This document shows positions 47,642 to 57,373 of a stretch of DNA of 64,000 bases, piece by piece; position 1 is the first letter of the stretch; every line of letters begins with the position of its first letter. The notes under the pieces are model-generated. The model did not search any database, was not told where the DNA came from, and saw only the letters and a program-made list of their open reading frames with translations. The translations under genes were made by a program, and so were the position numbers. The stretch comes from an uncultured Lachnospiraceae bacterium (GTDB lineage: Bacteria; Bacillota; Clostridia; Lachnospirales; Lachnospiraceae): NCBI GenBank assembly GCA_947382645.1, contig CANDAE010000010.1, forward strand, positions 52,097 to 116,096. Direction: 5' to 3'.

Positions 47642-48599
47642 AGTCATATCCCTCCGGATTCTTAAATATTTTACAACGGGTAAAGGCATCAACTACCAGA
47701 ATTGATACACACATTTCCAATTCATCATATGGAATTTCTATATAATTCCTGCTGTTCATTATCCTATCAACCAAACCATCTATAATAGATAAAAACAATT
47801 CGTTAGTGTCTTTTATTTTTATAGAAAGATTTACATATTCTTGGCGAATAGTAGACAAAACAGATAAACTTTTATTTACACCCTGTTTATCAAATTCTTC
47901 ATATTTTTCATTTATTCTGCTATAGTAAACTTTATAGTCATCAATAACAGGCTGCACCATTGACAATTCATTAAAATCTATTTTCCTTTGTATTTCAAAA
48001 GAATTTATTTCCGGATATTCACTGGGTGGGGTTAAATCATCTTGAAATAATATATTGATAATGCCAGCTAAATTAGAATCAACTTTAACCATATCAACAG
48101 AACATCCCAATTCATCTTTTATAAATTCATACAACAGATATTGCTCCTTAATTTCCATATTTATTAATATATTCAATATGGATTTAATATCATATATATC
48201 ATCCTTCGGGGAAAATTCAATATGATATGGATTAGAAAATGAAGCTGTTCTTAATTTATCTGCCATCCCAGAAATTGCAACAAATTTAAATTGAAAATCT
48301 TTATAATTTTCTAATATTTTCTTTTTCAAAGAACTTTCTATTTTCTGCTTTGAGCAGGTCGCTGACACTTGAACAACTACTTTGTTTTTAAAATCAATTA
48401 AATCAATTCCTTCCATATTTTGACTAATGGCATTAATATTTTCCAAATTATATCCCAATAAATGATTCATAAGCTCAGCAAAAAATGATTCTGAATAGAT
48501 ATTTAAATCCAATAAATTTATTTTACCCCTAATATATACACGATAAGATAAAGTATTTAATTTTTCTTCTATGTAATTAAAATATATGCTCCGATTCAC
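47625..48599 (-). CDS. SMEK-domain effector with ABC-3C C-terminal domain (LmuA-like)
   Basis: N-terminal NLLDLNIYSESFFAELMN...GIDLID...VQVSAT and C-terminal ILVVDAFTRCKIFKNP. GTG start after AAGGAGG. Confidence 0.72.
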   Translation of the reverse strand: MNRSIYFNYIEEKLNTLSYRVYIRGKINLLDLNIYSESFFAELMNHLLGYNLENINAISQNMEGIDLIDFKNKVVVQVSATCSKQKIESSLKKKILENYKDFQFKFVAISGMADKLRTASFSNPYHIEFSPKDDIYDIKSILNILINMEIKEQYLLYEFIKDELGCSVDMVKVDSNLAGIINILFQDDLTPPSEYPEINSFEIQRKIDFNELSMVQPVIDDYKVYYSRINEKYEEFDKQGVNKSLSVLSTIRQEYVNLSIKIKDTNELFLSIIDGLVDRIMNSRNYIEIPYDELEMCVSILVVDAFTRCKIFKNPEGYDYAVTR

Positions 48600-48734
48600 T
48601 TTATCCTCCTTTCGAAGCCCTCTTCGTCTGTTTATTAATATAAGAAAATTATATCATGTAATATGTCCAATAGAATGGGCTCAATACAGTTACTTAACTA
48701 AATTTTATGCCATTTTTATTTCAATACATAATAC

Positions 48735-49601
48735 TTAATCTTCAATACAGATTCCAAAATCATTTAAATATTTATCTATTTTATTAGCTCCATTTTCTTT
48801 CCAAAGATCCACGCTTCTTTTGTTAACCCCCTGCCAATTACCATTGTATGCTACCTTAAAATATTTCTCGCAATCCTTAATAATCATTAAGTCTCTAAGC
48901 ACCCCAATAAAAGTAGCTACATGATTTTGAAAAATACTTTCATATTTGTTTAAATCAATTTCTAAATCTTGTATAGTTTTATATCCGAATTTAATTACTT
49001 CCGCAATAATTTCCTCTGATATTATTGGCCCTTCCACAAATGGTCTAATATTTGTCGTACCTTCAAATCTTTTTAACATATATTGTTCCAGTGACTTTGA
49101 ATTTATACTCAAATTAAAATCACCTTTTGATAATGCTTTTTCCGTTTTCTTTGCATATTCGTCGATATCTTTCGATAACTTATCAAATTCGTAATCCATC
49201 AGTTCTAAGGCACCTGCCACCAGATAAAACCTTCTTTTTATTTCATTTGGCAGTACCCCTGCAAATTTGTAATTTTTATCATGTTCAATTTCTGCCCACG
49301 CATGTTGAAGCAAGGTTCTTACCTGCACTTCACATTTTAAATTCTCATATTCTTTATATTCAACTAATTCCAGACGCTTTTTGCTTAATTGCAATACGTA
49401 ATGAACAGATAAATATCCCACTTTATCTGTTGCCAGCATATCAGCTTTATTACCAGAATTGCCTTTATCAATAAGAAATTCATCCTGTAATATTTTGCAT
49501 ATGTCTGAAACATCCTGATTTGTATATGCAATAATCCTGATACCCGATATATCCATTATTTGCTCAATTGGATTAGTATACTTTTCATTTTTACAAATCA
49601 A
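48735..49601 (-). pseudogene. RelA/SpoT-type small alarmone synthetase, apparently 5'-truncated
   Basis: Contains DISGIRII, GYLSVHY, EVQVRT and HAWAEIEHD, but lacks the N-terminal helices and RxKxxxS motif. No RBS; an in-frame TGA lies immediately upstream, inside the 3' end of the ATPase gene. Confidence 0.7.
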
Positions 49602-50844
49602 GACTATTCATATTTAATAAAAAGTCATATATACTCATTATAAGTATTCCTTCCTCTGTATACCAGGGAGCAGGAGTATCTTTTACAATAATAATCTTCT
49701 TAAATGAATCGTTAATTCGAAGCAGCGAATTTGATTCCTGTTTCATTTTATTTGGATCCGGAATTGCAAAGGCAGACTGTATATAGTAACGTTTTGAACC
49801 TTTATTACATACAAAATCCACTTCCAACTGCTTACGTACAAATTTGTCATTTTTATCCTTTTGATTCACTATTACTAATCCAATATCCACATTAAAATTC
49901 CTTATAAGAAGTTCATTGAAAATAATATTTTCCATCGTATGATTTTCTTCTATCTGACGAAAATTAATTCTCACATTTCGAAGCCCTACATCTGTAAAAT
50001 AATATTTTTGCGGTGTATCAATATATTTTTTTCCTTTTATATCGTACCTGACTGCTTTATCTACAATAAATGCATCACACAAATAATCAAGATAATTCTT
50101 TACAGTATTCGTACTAAGTTTTTTCTGTTTTTTTGACTGAAAAGTATCGGCCAGTTTTTTAGGGTTCGTCAGGGAACCAATACCTGATGACAGAATATCT
50201 ATCAGTTCTTCAAATTCTTCTTTATTTTTGATTTTATGCCTTCCTACAAGATCATTAATATAGGTTTCTTTAAATAAATTTTTAAGAAATTCTATTTTTT
50301 GCTCCGGAGAAGGAAGTAAAACTACTGGCGGAAGCCCCCCATATAAAACATATTCATTCCAGCCATCATATTTATTACCATCATATACAGACATAAATTC
50401 AGAAAAAGAAAGTGGATACATATGAAGTTCATCTCCACGTCCACGAAACTCAGTAATTATATCTTTAGAAAGGAATTTTGCGTTACTTCCGGTTACATAA
50501 ACATCCACATTTTCTATTCGTATTAGCCCATTTAATACGGATTCGAATTCTCCAAGTAATTGAACTTCATCCAAAAGAATATAATACATCCTGTCATCAA
50601 TAATTTTGCTTTTAATATACGGGTAAAGAACTTCCGGATTACGGAACTGTCTATTTTCAAAAGAATCAAAAGCAATCTCTAAAATATGTTCTTTATCAAT
50701 CCCATTTTCTAAAAGATATTTTTTGTATAGGTGAAACAGCAAATATGATTTTCCACAACGCCTTATACCTGTTACAACTTTAATTAAACCGTTGTGCTGT
50801 TTCATAATAATTTTGTTCAAGTAATAATCTCTCTTTATTTCCAA
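49591..50844 (-). CDS. AAA+ ATP-binding protein with DUF4143-like C-terminus
   Basis: Motifs TGIRRCGKS, LLDEVQ, VTGSNAK, EFRGR, KYYFTDVGLRN and EVDFV. TTG start after GGAGG. Confidence 0.88.
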   Translation of the reverse strand: MEIKRDYYLNKIIMKQHNGLIKVVTGIRRCGKSYLLFHLYKKYLLENGIDKEHILEIAFDSFENRQFRNPEVLYPYIKSKIIDDRMYYILLDEVQLLGEFESVLNGLIRIENVDVYVTGSNAKFLSKDIITEFRGRGDELHMYPLSFSEFMSVYDGNKYDGWNEYVLYGGLPPVVLLPSPEQKIEFLKNLFKETYINDLVGRHKIKNKEEFEELIDILSSGIGSLTNPKKLADTFQSKKQKKLSTNTVKNYLDYLCDAFIVDKAVRYDIKGKKYIDTPQKYYFTDVGLRNVRINFRQIEENHTMENIIFNELLIRNFNVDIGLVIVNQKDKNDKFVRKQLEVDFVCNKGSKRYYIQSAFAIPDPNKMKQESNSLLRINDSFKKIIIVKDTPAPWYTEEGILIMSIYDFLLNMNSLDL

Positions 50845-50900
50845 TACAACACCTCCATTGAAAATTTCTGCATATATAATACTATATTTTCAATATAGAT

Positions 50901-50929
50901 ATTGTATGAGAGATATAAGAAAAAGTCAA
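50901..50929 (-). promoter_or_regulatory. sigmaA promoter of the AAA/DUF4143 gene
   Basis: Minus strand TTGACT, 17-bp spacer, TACAAT. Confidence 0.7.
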
Positions 50930-50946
50930 ATTAGTTTTTCTAATTT

Positions 50947-50985
50947 TTATGGCATATTTAGAATTTAATTCCAAATATGCCATAA
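50947..50985. terminator. 13-bp perfect inverted repeat between the ABC permease and the defence islet
   Basis: ttatggcatattt / aaatatgccataa. The U-tract is weak, so the terminator role is uncertain. Confidence 0.45.
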
Positions 50986-51006
50986 CTTTATTAGAAGATA
51001 TTCACT

Positions 51007-53328
51007 TTATTCCCTAATCAACGAATAAGCCGATATCTTCCTGATCGGCAAGGCCAGACACACGCTGATTACAAAATCGATTGCTATCTGACAGATAGCA
51101 AAAAGCATAAGAAACACAAAAGAAACCTCCAGATTATTTTTCATGGCGCCAATCATCTGAAAAAGCATTCCATTGATCACCGGCATATACCATAATCCCG
51201 CCACTGCTGAAATAAGTATGGCGGCAGCAGATACAGGCAGAAAGCTTCCGGCAATCTGCAGGATCAACTGAATATTAGAATATCCAATTGCCTTATAAAT
51301 ACCAAGCTCCTGTTTTCTCTTTATGATTAATGACTTAATCATCATATAAAGTACTAAAAAGATAATCAAAATAGTAACAAGGAAAATGGCTGCAATGATG
51401 CCTTCCACCATGTCTGAATAAATTCTCTGTGAAGATTTTGCCATTTTATCATAATTGACCACACTGATTATATCCCTTTCATATTTCTTTTCAATCTCCT
51501 CCACAAACCTTTCCACATCTGCCTTTTCATTCAGGTAAAGGTATAAGGACTGGCTTTGGTATGTACTGTCCAAATTTAAATATCCTTCATTGGTAAGCTC
51601 CAAAACCTCCCCCTGATAATTGACGCTTTGAATATAGCCTACAATATCATAAGTACAGTCTGAATTTCCATTTTTAATTGTAATCTTATCTCCAATGGAA
51701 TAATCCGAGGCCAGCCCACTTCCAACTGCAATCTCATTTTCCTTTTCCGGATTTCTTCCTTCATAACATAAATCATTGGAAACAAGAGAAAAGTCCTGGG
51801 CAATAAAGGCTGTTACGGTTTTTTCCTTTACTTCCAGTTTTACAGAAGCATATTCCAGCACCTGCTCTACTTCTGAGATATCCAGCATCTCCTTTTTCAT
51901 TTTTTCAAATCTATCCGGCTTTACTGTCAGAATAATACTGGGCATTTCCTCCGATAAAGTACTTGTAAAATGCTCCGGCTCTATCACCACATTGTAAAAC
52001 AACGTTCCGGCAAATGCAGCCAGAACCATCATCAAAAAAGATACAAGAAAAAGCAACACATTCTGTTTCGCTGAAACCGCTATCTGTTTTAAAATCAGAT
52101 TAACGTGCAGACTTCCGGCTGCCTCATCCAGTGGAAAATAATTTCTCCGGCCCCTTTTTCCTCCGCTGTTCCCTCTGATTGCGTCAATGGGAACCAGTTT
52201 TTTAATCCTTTTCGCTGCCAAGTAAGTAAAAAATAATGTAACTCCAATAAGTATCAAAAGAACCAAAATAAGCGCGCCTGTGTCAAAGCCTGGCTGAAAG
52301 GAAAACCCTGACTGAAGAGCAAGCATTTGCACCAGACCGGGCAGTAATCCATAGGAGAGTAAAATTCCTGCCAGCGCGCTTATTCCCCCCACAATCATAT
52401 AGGGAAATATGACTGCCATCAAAAGCATAGTCCCTGTGTAGCCCATCGCCTTTAAAACTCCCATTTGAGTTATCTCTTCCTCTATACTGTTTTGAATACG
52501 AAACTTGCAGAGAAACATGCTTACCAGCAAAACCACAAAGGAAAATGCCATCAGGATAAGAACTGTCAAGTCACATACCATTGTTCTTGTCTGCTTCGCC
52601 GAAGCACTGTCCAACATGGAAACCAGATGAATCCCCTTATTAGAAAGCATTTCATTAATCTGACTTTTCGTCTCATCCACATCCCCATTTGTCATAAGGG
52701 AATATTCTATTACCTGATTTCCTTCTTTTTCCCCTGCAAATGTTTGATAAGCATCCTCCGGCAGATATGCACATAACAGCCCGCTTCCTGCATTTCCATA
52801 CTGCATTTCCTCCAAAATACCGGCTACGTGAAAAGCATATTCTGTTCCATCTACTTCATATACAATCTCATCTTCCAGACTATACTCTCCAAATTCTGCC
52901 ACAAATAGAGGAATGAAAACAGTTGCTTCAAATGACTTATTGCTTTCTTTTACTATTTCATATTGATTCAGGTGATGTATTTCATCCATATTATAAAAAA
53001 TCGTATTCATGGCAAAATCTACACCCCGAAACTCTTTTATAACCGCAGAAGTAAAAATGCCTTCTTTGCTTTCTACCCTCTCCACTCCTTTCAGATCAGA
53101 CAGTTCTCTTTTCAATGAAGCTGTATTCTGAACTTTTGGAATGCAAAAATACAAACCTGCTGTACTTAAATCATCTGATTTCCGGTCATATGCTCTATCC
53201 ATCTGAAAAGATAAAACCAATGCCAGATTTAAGATAAAAGCTGTAAGCAGAATAATGATTCCAAAGGACAAGTACTGTCCCTTATCCTTTTTCAGATTAT
53301 GTATTACCATCCTTCCGATTTTCCCCAT
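51007..53328 (-). CDS. FtsX/MacB-family ABC transporter permease (duplicated architecture)
   Basis: Two repeats of TM-extracellular-3TM, with GVLKAMGY and GIYKAIGY. Confidence 0.9.
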   Translation of the reverse strand: MGKIGRMVIHNLKKDKGQYLSFGIIILLTAFILNLALVLSFQMDRAYDRKSDDLSTAGLYFCIPKVQNTASLKRELSDLKGVERVESKEGIFTSAVIKEFRGVDFAMNTIFYNMDEIHHLNQYEIVKESNKSFEATVFIPLFVAEFGEYSLEDEIVYEVDGTEYAFHVAGILEEMQYGNAGSGLLCAYLPEDAYQTFAGEKEGNQVIEYSLMTNGDVDETKSQINEMLSNKGIHLVSMLDSASAKQTRTMVCDLTVLILMAFSFVVLLVSMFLCKFRIQNSIEEEITQMGVLKAMGYTGTMLLMAVIFPYMIVGGISALAGILLSYGLLPGLVQMLALQSGFSFQPGFDTGALILVLLILIGVTLFFTYLAAKRIKKLVPIDAIRGNSGGKRGRRNYFPLDEAAGSLHVNLILKQIAVSAKQNVLLFLVSFLMMVLAAFAGTLFYNVVIEPEHFTSTLSEEMPSIILTVKPDRFEKMKKEMLDISEVEQVLEYASVKLEVKEKTVTAFIAQDFSLVSNDLCYEGRNPEKENEIAVGSGLASDYSIGDKITIKNGNSDCTYDIVGYIQSVNYQGEVLELTNEGYLNLDSTYQSQSLYLYLNEKADVERFVEEIEKKYERDIISVVNYDKMAKSSQRIYSDMVEGIIAAIFLVTILIIFLVLYMMIKSLIIKRKQELGIYKAIGYSNIQLILQIAGSFLPVSAAAILISAVAGLWYMPVINGMLFQMIGAMKNNLEVSFVFLMLFAICQIAIDFVISVCLALPIRKISAYSLIRE

Positions 53329-53329
53329 A

Positions 53330-54097
53330 TTACCACCCCATCTTTGCTAAAAATATGTCAAGCTTATCTTTTCTTTTTTCATCTCCGTCAGAAAAACCTT
53401 CCAAATCACATTCTCCAAAAATCTGTCCATCCTTTAAATAAATAATCCGGTTTCCCCGAAGCGCGCTCTTTTTATCATGGGTTACCATGATAATGCTTTG
53501 ACCATTACAATGCAGTTTCGTGAACACATCCAAAACCGCATCAGAATTGCCGGAATTAAGTGCGCCTGTAGGTTCATCGGCAAACAACACCTCCGGCCGG
53601 TTAATGACAGCTCTTACAATCCCGGCTCTCTGCGCCTCCCCACCGGAAATCTGGGAAGAAAATTTCTTTTGTGTTTCTTCCGGAATATTCACCAGTTCAA
53701 ATAATTCCGAAGCTTTTTTCGTAATTTCCTTCCGGTTTTTATTTACCAGCGCACCTGCGGTAATCACATTGTCCATCAGACTCATTTTTTCCAAAAGATA
53801 AATCTGTTGAAAAACAAAACCACAATTTTTCCTCCGAAACACTGCAAGCTGGTCGTCATTTAGCTTTGTAATGTTCTTACCATTAAATTTAATTTCTCCT
53901 GCAGTTGGGCGGTCCATCCCGGAAAGTGCATACATTAATGTAGATTTTCCGGCTCCTGAGGAACCCATAATTACGGTAAAATCTCCTTTATAAATATCCA
54001 GGTTCAGCTGATCAAAAATATCCTGAGATCTGTCTTTGGTGGTAAAACTTTTCTTTAAATTTTTTGCTGATATAATTGCTTCTTTTTTCTTTTTCAC
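53330..54097 (-). CDS. ABC transporter ATP-binding protein (LolD/MacB-like)
   Basis: Motifs GSSGAGKST, ISGGEAQR, ADEPTGAL and VTHD. Confidence 0.93.
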   Translation of the reverse strand: MKKKKEAIISAKNLKKSFTTKDRSQDIFDQLNLDIYKGDFTVIMGSSGAGKSTLMYALSGMDRPTAGEIKFNGKNITKLNDDQLAVFRRKNCGFVFQQIYLLEKMSLMDNVITAGALVNKNRKEITKKASELFELVNIPEETQKKFSSQISGGEAQRAGIVRAVINRPEVLFADEPTGALNSGNSDAVLDVFTKLHCNGQSIIMVTHDKKSALRGNRIIYLKDGQIFGECDLEGFSDGDEKRKDKLDIFLAKMGW

Positions 54098-54109
54098 TCT
54101 TGCACCCCT

Positions 54110-54991
54110 TTATAGATTTGAAGTATAGATAACCAGTTCACTTTTAATACCATTTAATTCAATTCTGTTATCAGAATCCTCATCTGCAAAACATGTGGTT
54201 TTCTGCCCGTCCTTTTCATAGGAAATACTTGTTTTGATTCCCTTTGACTGGGCAGCAAATGCGGTTTTTTCCGGCAAACGAATTCTTGATGTTGCGGAAA
54301 CCTGATTAATTTCTACTGATCCGTTCAAAGAATTACAGATAATATTCATATCCAGATTACAGTTTATTTCCACAACCCCAATTACCCCATCTAAAATCAT
54401 ATTTTTTGTTTTTGTATCAAGTTCAATTTTTTCACATTCCAAAGAACGTATTTCAATATTTTCAGCATTGACGGACAGCTCAATCTTGCCAATGTATTTA
54501 TTTGGAAGCTGTACAAATATTGTAAGTGCTCCTTTTGCATCCGCCTCTGTTATTCCATTTTTTCTTGTAATATCCAAATCAATACGGTTTTTAATGTCAT
54601 CAATTTTAAGCTTAAAATCATTCTGCAATGTCGATAAGGTATTAGAAGCCAGCCGGACTCGCACCTTTTCTCCCTCATATCCTGACATAATCAGTGCATT
54701 GGCGCCTCCCAGTTTCATATCGAACCTCTTGGAAAAATCAATATCATATTCTGTAACACTTTCAAATAAGTAATCCCTCAGCTGTGTAATATTTTTTTCA
54801 TTAGACAAAAGCTCATCAATTGAAACATGAAACAATGTGGAAACAGCCATAATATTTTCAATATCCGGAATTCCCGCATTTGTCTCCCATTTTGTAATTG
54901 CCTGTCTGGACACTCCCAGTTTTTCTGCCAGTTTTTCCTGTGACATTCCCGCCTGCCTGCGGATTGTCTTTAATTTTTCACCAAATGTCAT
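54110..54991 (-). CDS. XRE-family HTH regulator with C-terminal beta-rich domain
   Basis: GMSQEKLAEKLGVSRQAITKWE...PDIEN. Confidence 0.88.
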   Translation of the reverse strand: MTFGEKLKTIRRQAGMSQEKLAEKLGVSRQAITKWETNAGIPDIENIMAVSTLFHVSIDELLSNEKNITQLRDYLFESVTEYDIDFSKRFDMKLGGANALIMSGYEGEKVRVRLASNTLSTLQNDFKLKIDDIKNRIDLDITRKNGITEADAKGALTIFVQLPNKYIGKIELSVNAENIEIRSLECEKIELDTKTKNMILDGVIGVVEINCNLDMNIICNSLNGSVEINQVSATSRIRLPEKTAFAAQSKGIKTSISYEKDGQKTTCFADEDSDNRIELNGIKSELVIYTSNL

Positions 54992-55034
54992 TCTTATCCT
55001 CCTGTTTTTCATTTAACTGAATATGTTAATTCAC

Positions 55035-55072
55035 ATGATAGAAAAATGCACTTTCCATAACAAGAAAGTGCA
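55035..55072 (-). promoter_or_regulatory. sigmaA promoter overlapped by a 9-bp inverted repeat (candidate XRE operator)
   Basis: Minus strand TTGTTA-17-TATCAT (55063-55035). TGCACTTTC-N8-GAAAGTGCA at 55047-55072 brackets the -35 element. Confidence 0.6.
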
Positions 55073-55119
55073 GATTACATAAATGATATTTTTGCTACTT
55101 TACGTGGCATTTATGGTTT

Positions 55120-56421
55120 TTACGCGCTTTGTACCGCTTCTATCTGACAAATGGAGTCAAAAAACGCATCCACCACTACCGGATCAAAATGTGTGCCGGA
55201 TTCTTCTCTGATAATGCTGTATGCTTTCTCAACCGGCATGGCGCTTTTATAGCATCTCTTAGATACAAGTGCATCAAATACATCTGCTACCGCCATAATC
55301 CTTGCACATAAAGGAATATTTTCTCCTGCAATTTGATAAGGATAACCTTTTCCATTCCACCACTCATGATGGTATGCCGCCATATCTATTGCAATATTTA
55401 AGTAAGAGGACTCGCCCAATTGCTGTTTGGCACGCAGCAAAAGATCTCTCCCTTCCGCCGCGTGGCTTTTCATGATTTCAAATTCTTCCTCTGTCAGTCT
55501 TCCCGGTTTATTCAGTATAAGATCTGAAACATGAATTTTTCCAATATCATGAAGGGGCGCCGCAACGATCATGTCCGCCATGTACTGGTCTGTCAAAATA
55601 TCCGGGAATGCTCCCTGCTTTCTTAATGTTTTTGCGATAGCCTCCACATACCTGGCAGTGCGTCTTATATGACCGCCTGTGTTGCCATCTCTGCTTTCCA
55701 CGATATCCGCCATTGTGGTAATAATGTTAAACTGCATATCCGATACCTGCTCATGATAATAAGATCGTTTATTTCCCTGCACAATCAGCACAATAATTGT
55801 GATTGTCAGTATAAAAGCAGTAATTCCCATAATACACATATTTAATGCATATTGGCTGGTAAAAAATTTCTCTTTTGTATCTTCTACATTAGCAACCGCC
55901 ATATTGGAAAAAACCAGCATCAAAATACCAACTGCGCAAAGCAGCCACCGCTCCCAATTATGTAAATGCCGGTGATTCATTTCTTTTTGAAAAAAATCCC
56001 GCCAGCTTTTACCTTTTATATAAAACAATATCAATAAAAAAGCTGTCAATCCCATTATGGCAAAGCTATATAATTGTTTTCCCTCTGCTGACAAAATTAA
56101 TAAACGCACCGGCAATATTAAAATTGGAACAAGCAGCCCATCTATAATTCCAGGAATTGGAACACATAAAAGAAATCCCCGCAGTCTGTGCGTTTTCCTT
56201 GCAAAGCTGATATTTACTCCCACTGTAAGCAAAACAAGCAGTGTTGCGTAATCTTTACCAGAAAAAATATAAACAAGAAAAATAAGAAGCAGACTGGCCA
56301 GATAAAAAAGCTTCTGTTTTTTTAATTCCAGGTCATTTTCAAGAAATACATATTTTTTAATCAAAAAGGCGCCTGCATATACAATAAAAATTTCCAGAAT
56401 ATCATTGACAGCACTCATCAT
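55120..56421 (-). CDS. Membrane-bound HD-GYP phosphodiesterase
   Basis: About 7 TM helices, then ESRDGNTGGHIRR, LHDIGKI, HHEWWNGKGYP and ARIMAVADVFDAL. Confidence 0.9.
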   Translation of the reverse strand: MMSAVNDILEIFIVYAGAFLIKKYVFLENDLELKKQKLFYLASLLLIFLVYIFSGKDYATLLVLLTVGVNISFARKTHRLRGFLLCVPIPGIIDGLLVPILILPVRLLILSAEGKQLYSFAIMGLTAFLLILFYIKGKSWRDFFQKEMNHRHLHNWERWLLCAVGILMLVFSNMAVANVEDTKEKFFTSQYALNMCIMGITAFILTITIIVLIVQGNKRSYYHEQVSDMQFNIITTMADIVESRDGNTGGHIRRTARYVEAIAKTLRKQGAFPDILTDQYMADMIVAAPLHDIGKIHVSDLILNKPGRLTEEEFEIMKSHAAEGRDLLLRAKQQLGESSYLNIAIDMAAYHHEWWNGKGYPYQIAGENIPLCARIMAVADVFDALVSKRCYKSAMPVEKAYSIIREESGTHFDPVVVDAFFDSICQIEAVQSA

Positions 56422-56654
56422 TTGTCCACACCCTTCCTCCATAAACATTTTTATAGGAGAACCAATCAAATACATAACTGTATTATTATACCTGAACCTA
56501 TTTATTATTACCAGAAACTTTTCGTTGCAATGCAATTTACCGCAATAACTTGTCCATAAAATCGCAACGAATGTGTATGGGACTGCACGAAGAGCACATA
56601 TCAGCATAGACGAACTGCTGTATCTATGTTATAGTAATAATCGAGGTGGCTTTT

Positions 56655-57065
56655 GTGCGGAAGATAGAACGGTATATAATCAGTTTCATAATTGTATTAT
56701 CCATGCTGATTTCCGGAATGTGCTTTGATAATTATAAAGCAGATTCCTCTTTGGATTACACGCCCTTTTCATCTCCCGCAGCCAGCATTTCTTCCTGCAG
56801 CACTGATGCGGCAGACAGTGCAATCTGCACCACAGAAATGCTTGGCATCCATAATATTTCCTATGTACGACCGATTACCAGACAAAGCTCTGGTTTAAGG
56901 AAAGATATCAAAGCATCCTTTGAGTTTTTATGTGAAAAAGCACAGTCTCATTTAAATTCTAATTTTCTTATGGCAACAGGCATTATGCAGTTTCCCAGGC
57001 TATACTTTCAGGCTGTCGTCTCAAATTATATCCACAATACAGATGGTAAAAAAAGAATGGCATAG
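56655..57065 (+). CDS. Hypothetical protein with N-terminal signal/TM segment
   Basis: GTG start 7 nt after GAGGT; hydrophobic IISFIIVLSMLISGMC; ends YIHNTDGKKRMA. Confidence 0.55.
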   Translation: MRKIERYIISFIIVLSMLISGMCFDNYKADSSLDYTPFSSPAASISSCSTDAADSAICTTEMLGIHNISYVRPITRQSSGLRKDIKASFEFLCEKAQSHLNSNFLMATGIMQFPRLYFQAVVSNYIHNTDGKKRMA

Positions 57066-57156
57066 CTACTCTTATTGCCTATGAATCCATAGGCTTATTT
57101 GCGTACCCAAATTTTAGCAGTTTTTAAAATATGTTTTATTTTATGGAGGTAATGTT

Positions 57157-57309
57157 ATGTCATTATATAATATTATAATACTTTTGATTGGTATTGTCGG
57201 CGCAATTGTGGGCATCGGCTCTACACTGGCTATTATTGTTTCTCTTTTTGGAACACTTGGATATAAAATTCACAGAAAAATTAAATATGGAATTTCTTTA
57301 TATAAATAA
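57157..57309 (+). CDS. 50-aa small membrane protein (not in the ORF track)
   Basis: GGAGGT RBS and ATG at 57157. Translation MSLYNIIILLIGIVGAIVGIGSTLAIIVSLFGTLGYKIHRKIKYGISLYK; a hairpin follows. Confidence 0.75.
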   Translation: MSLYNIIILLIGIVGAIVGIGSTLAIIVSLFGTLGYKIHRKIKYGISLYK

Positions 57310-57312
57310 TTC

Positions 57313-57340
57313 AAAAAGCTGCCGCGTAAACCGCGGCAGC
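57313..57340. terminator. Terminator between the convergent small-protein gene and pgi
   Basis: Perfect stem gctgccgcg/cgcggcagc with a T run on the minus strand. Confidence 0.8.
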
Positions 57341-57373
57341 CTTACATTCCAGGATTTTTATTAACTTTGCAAT

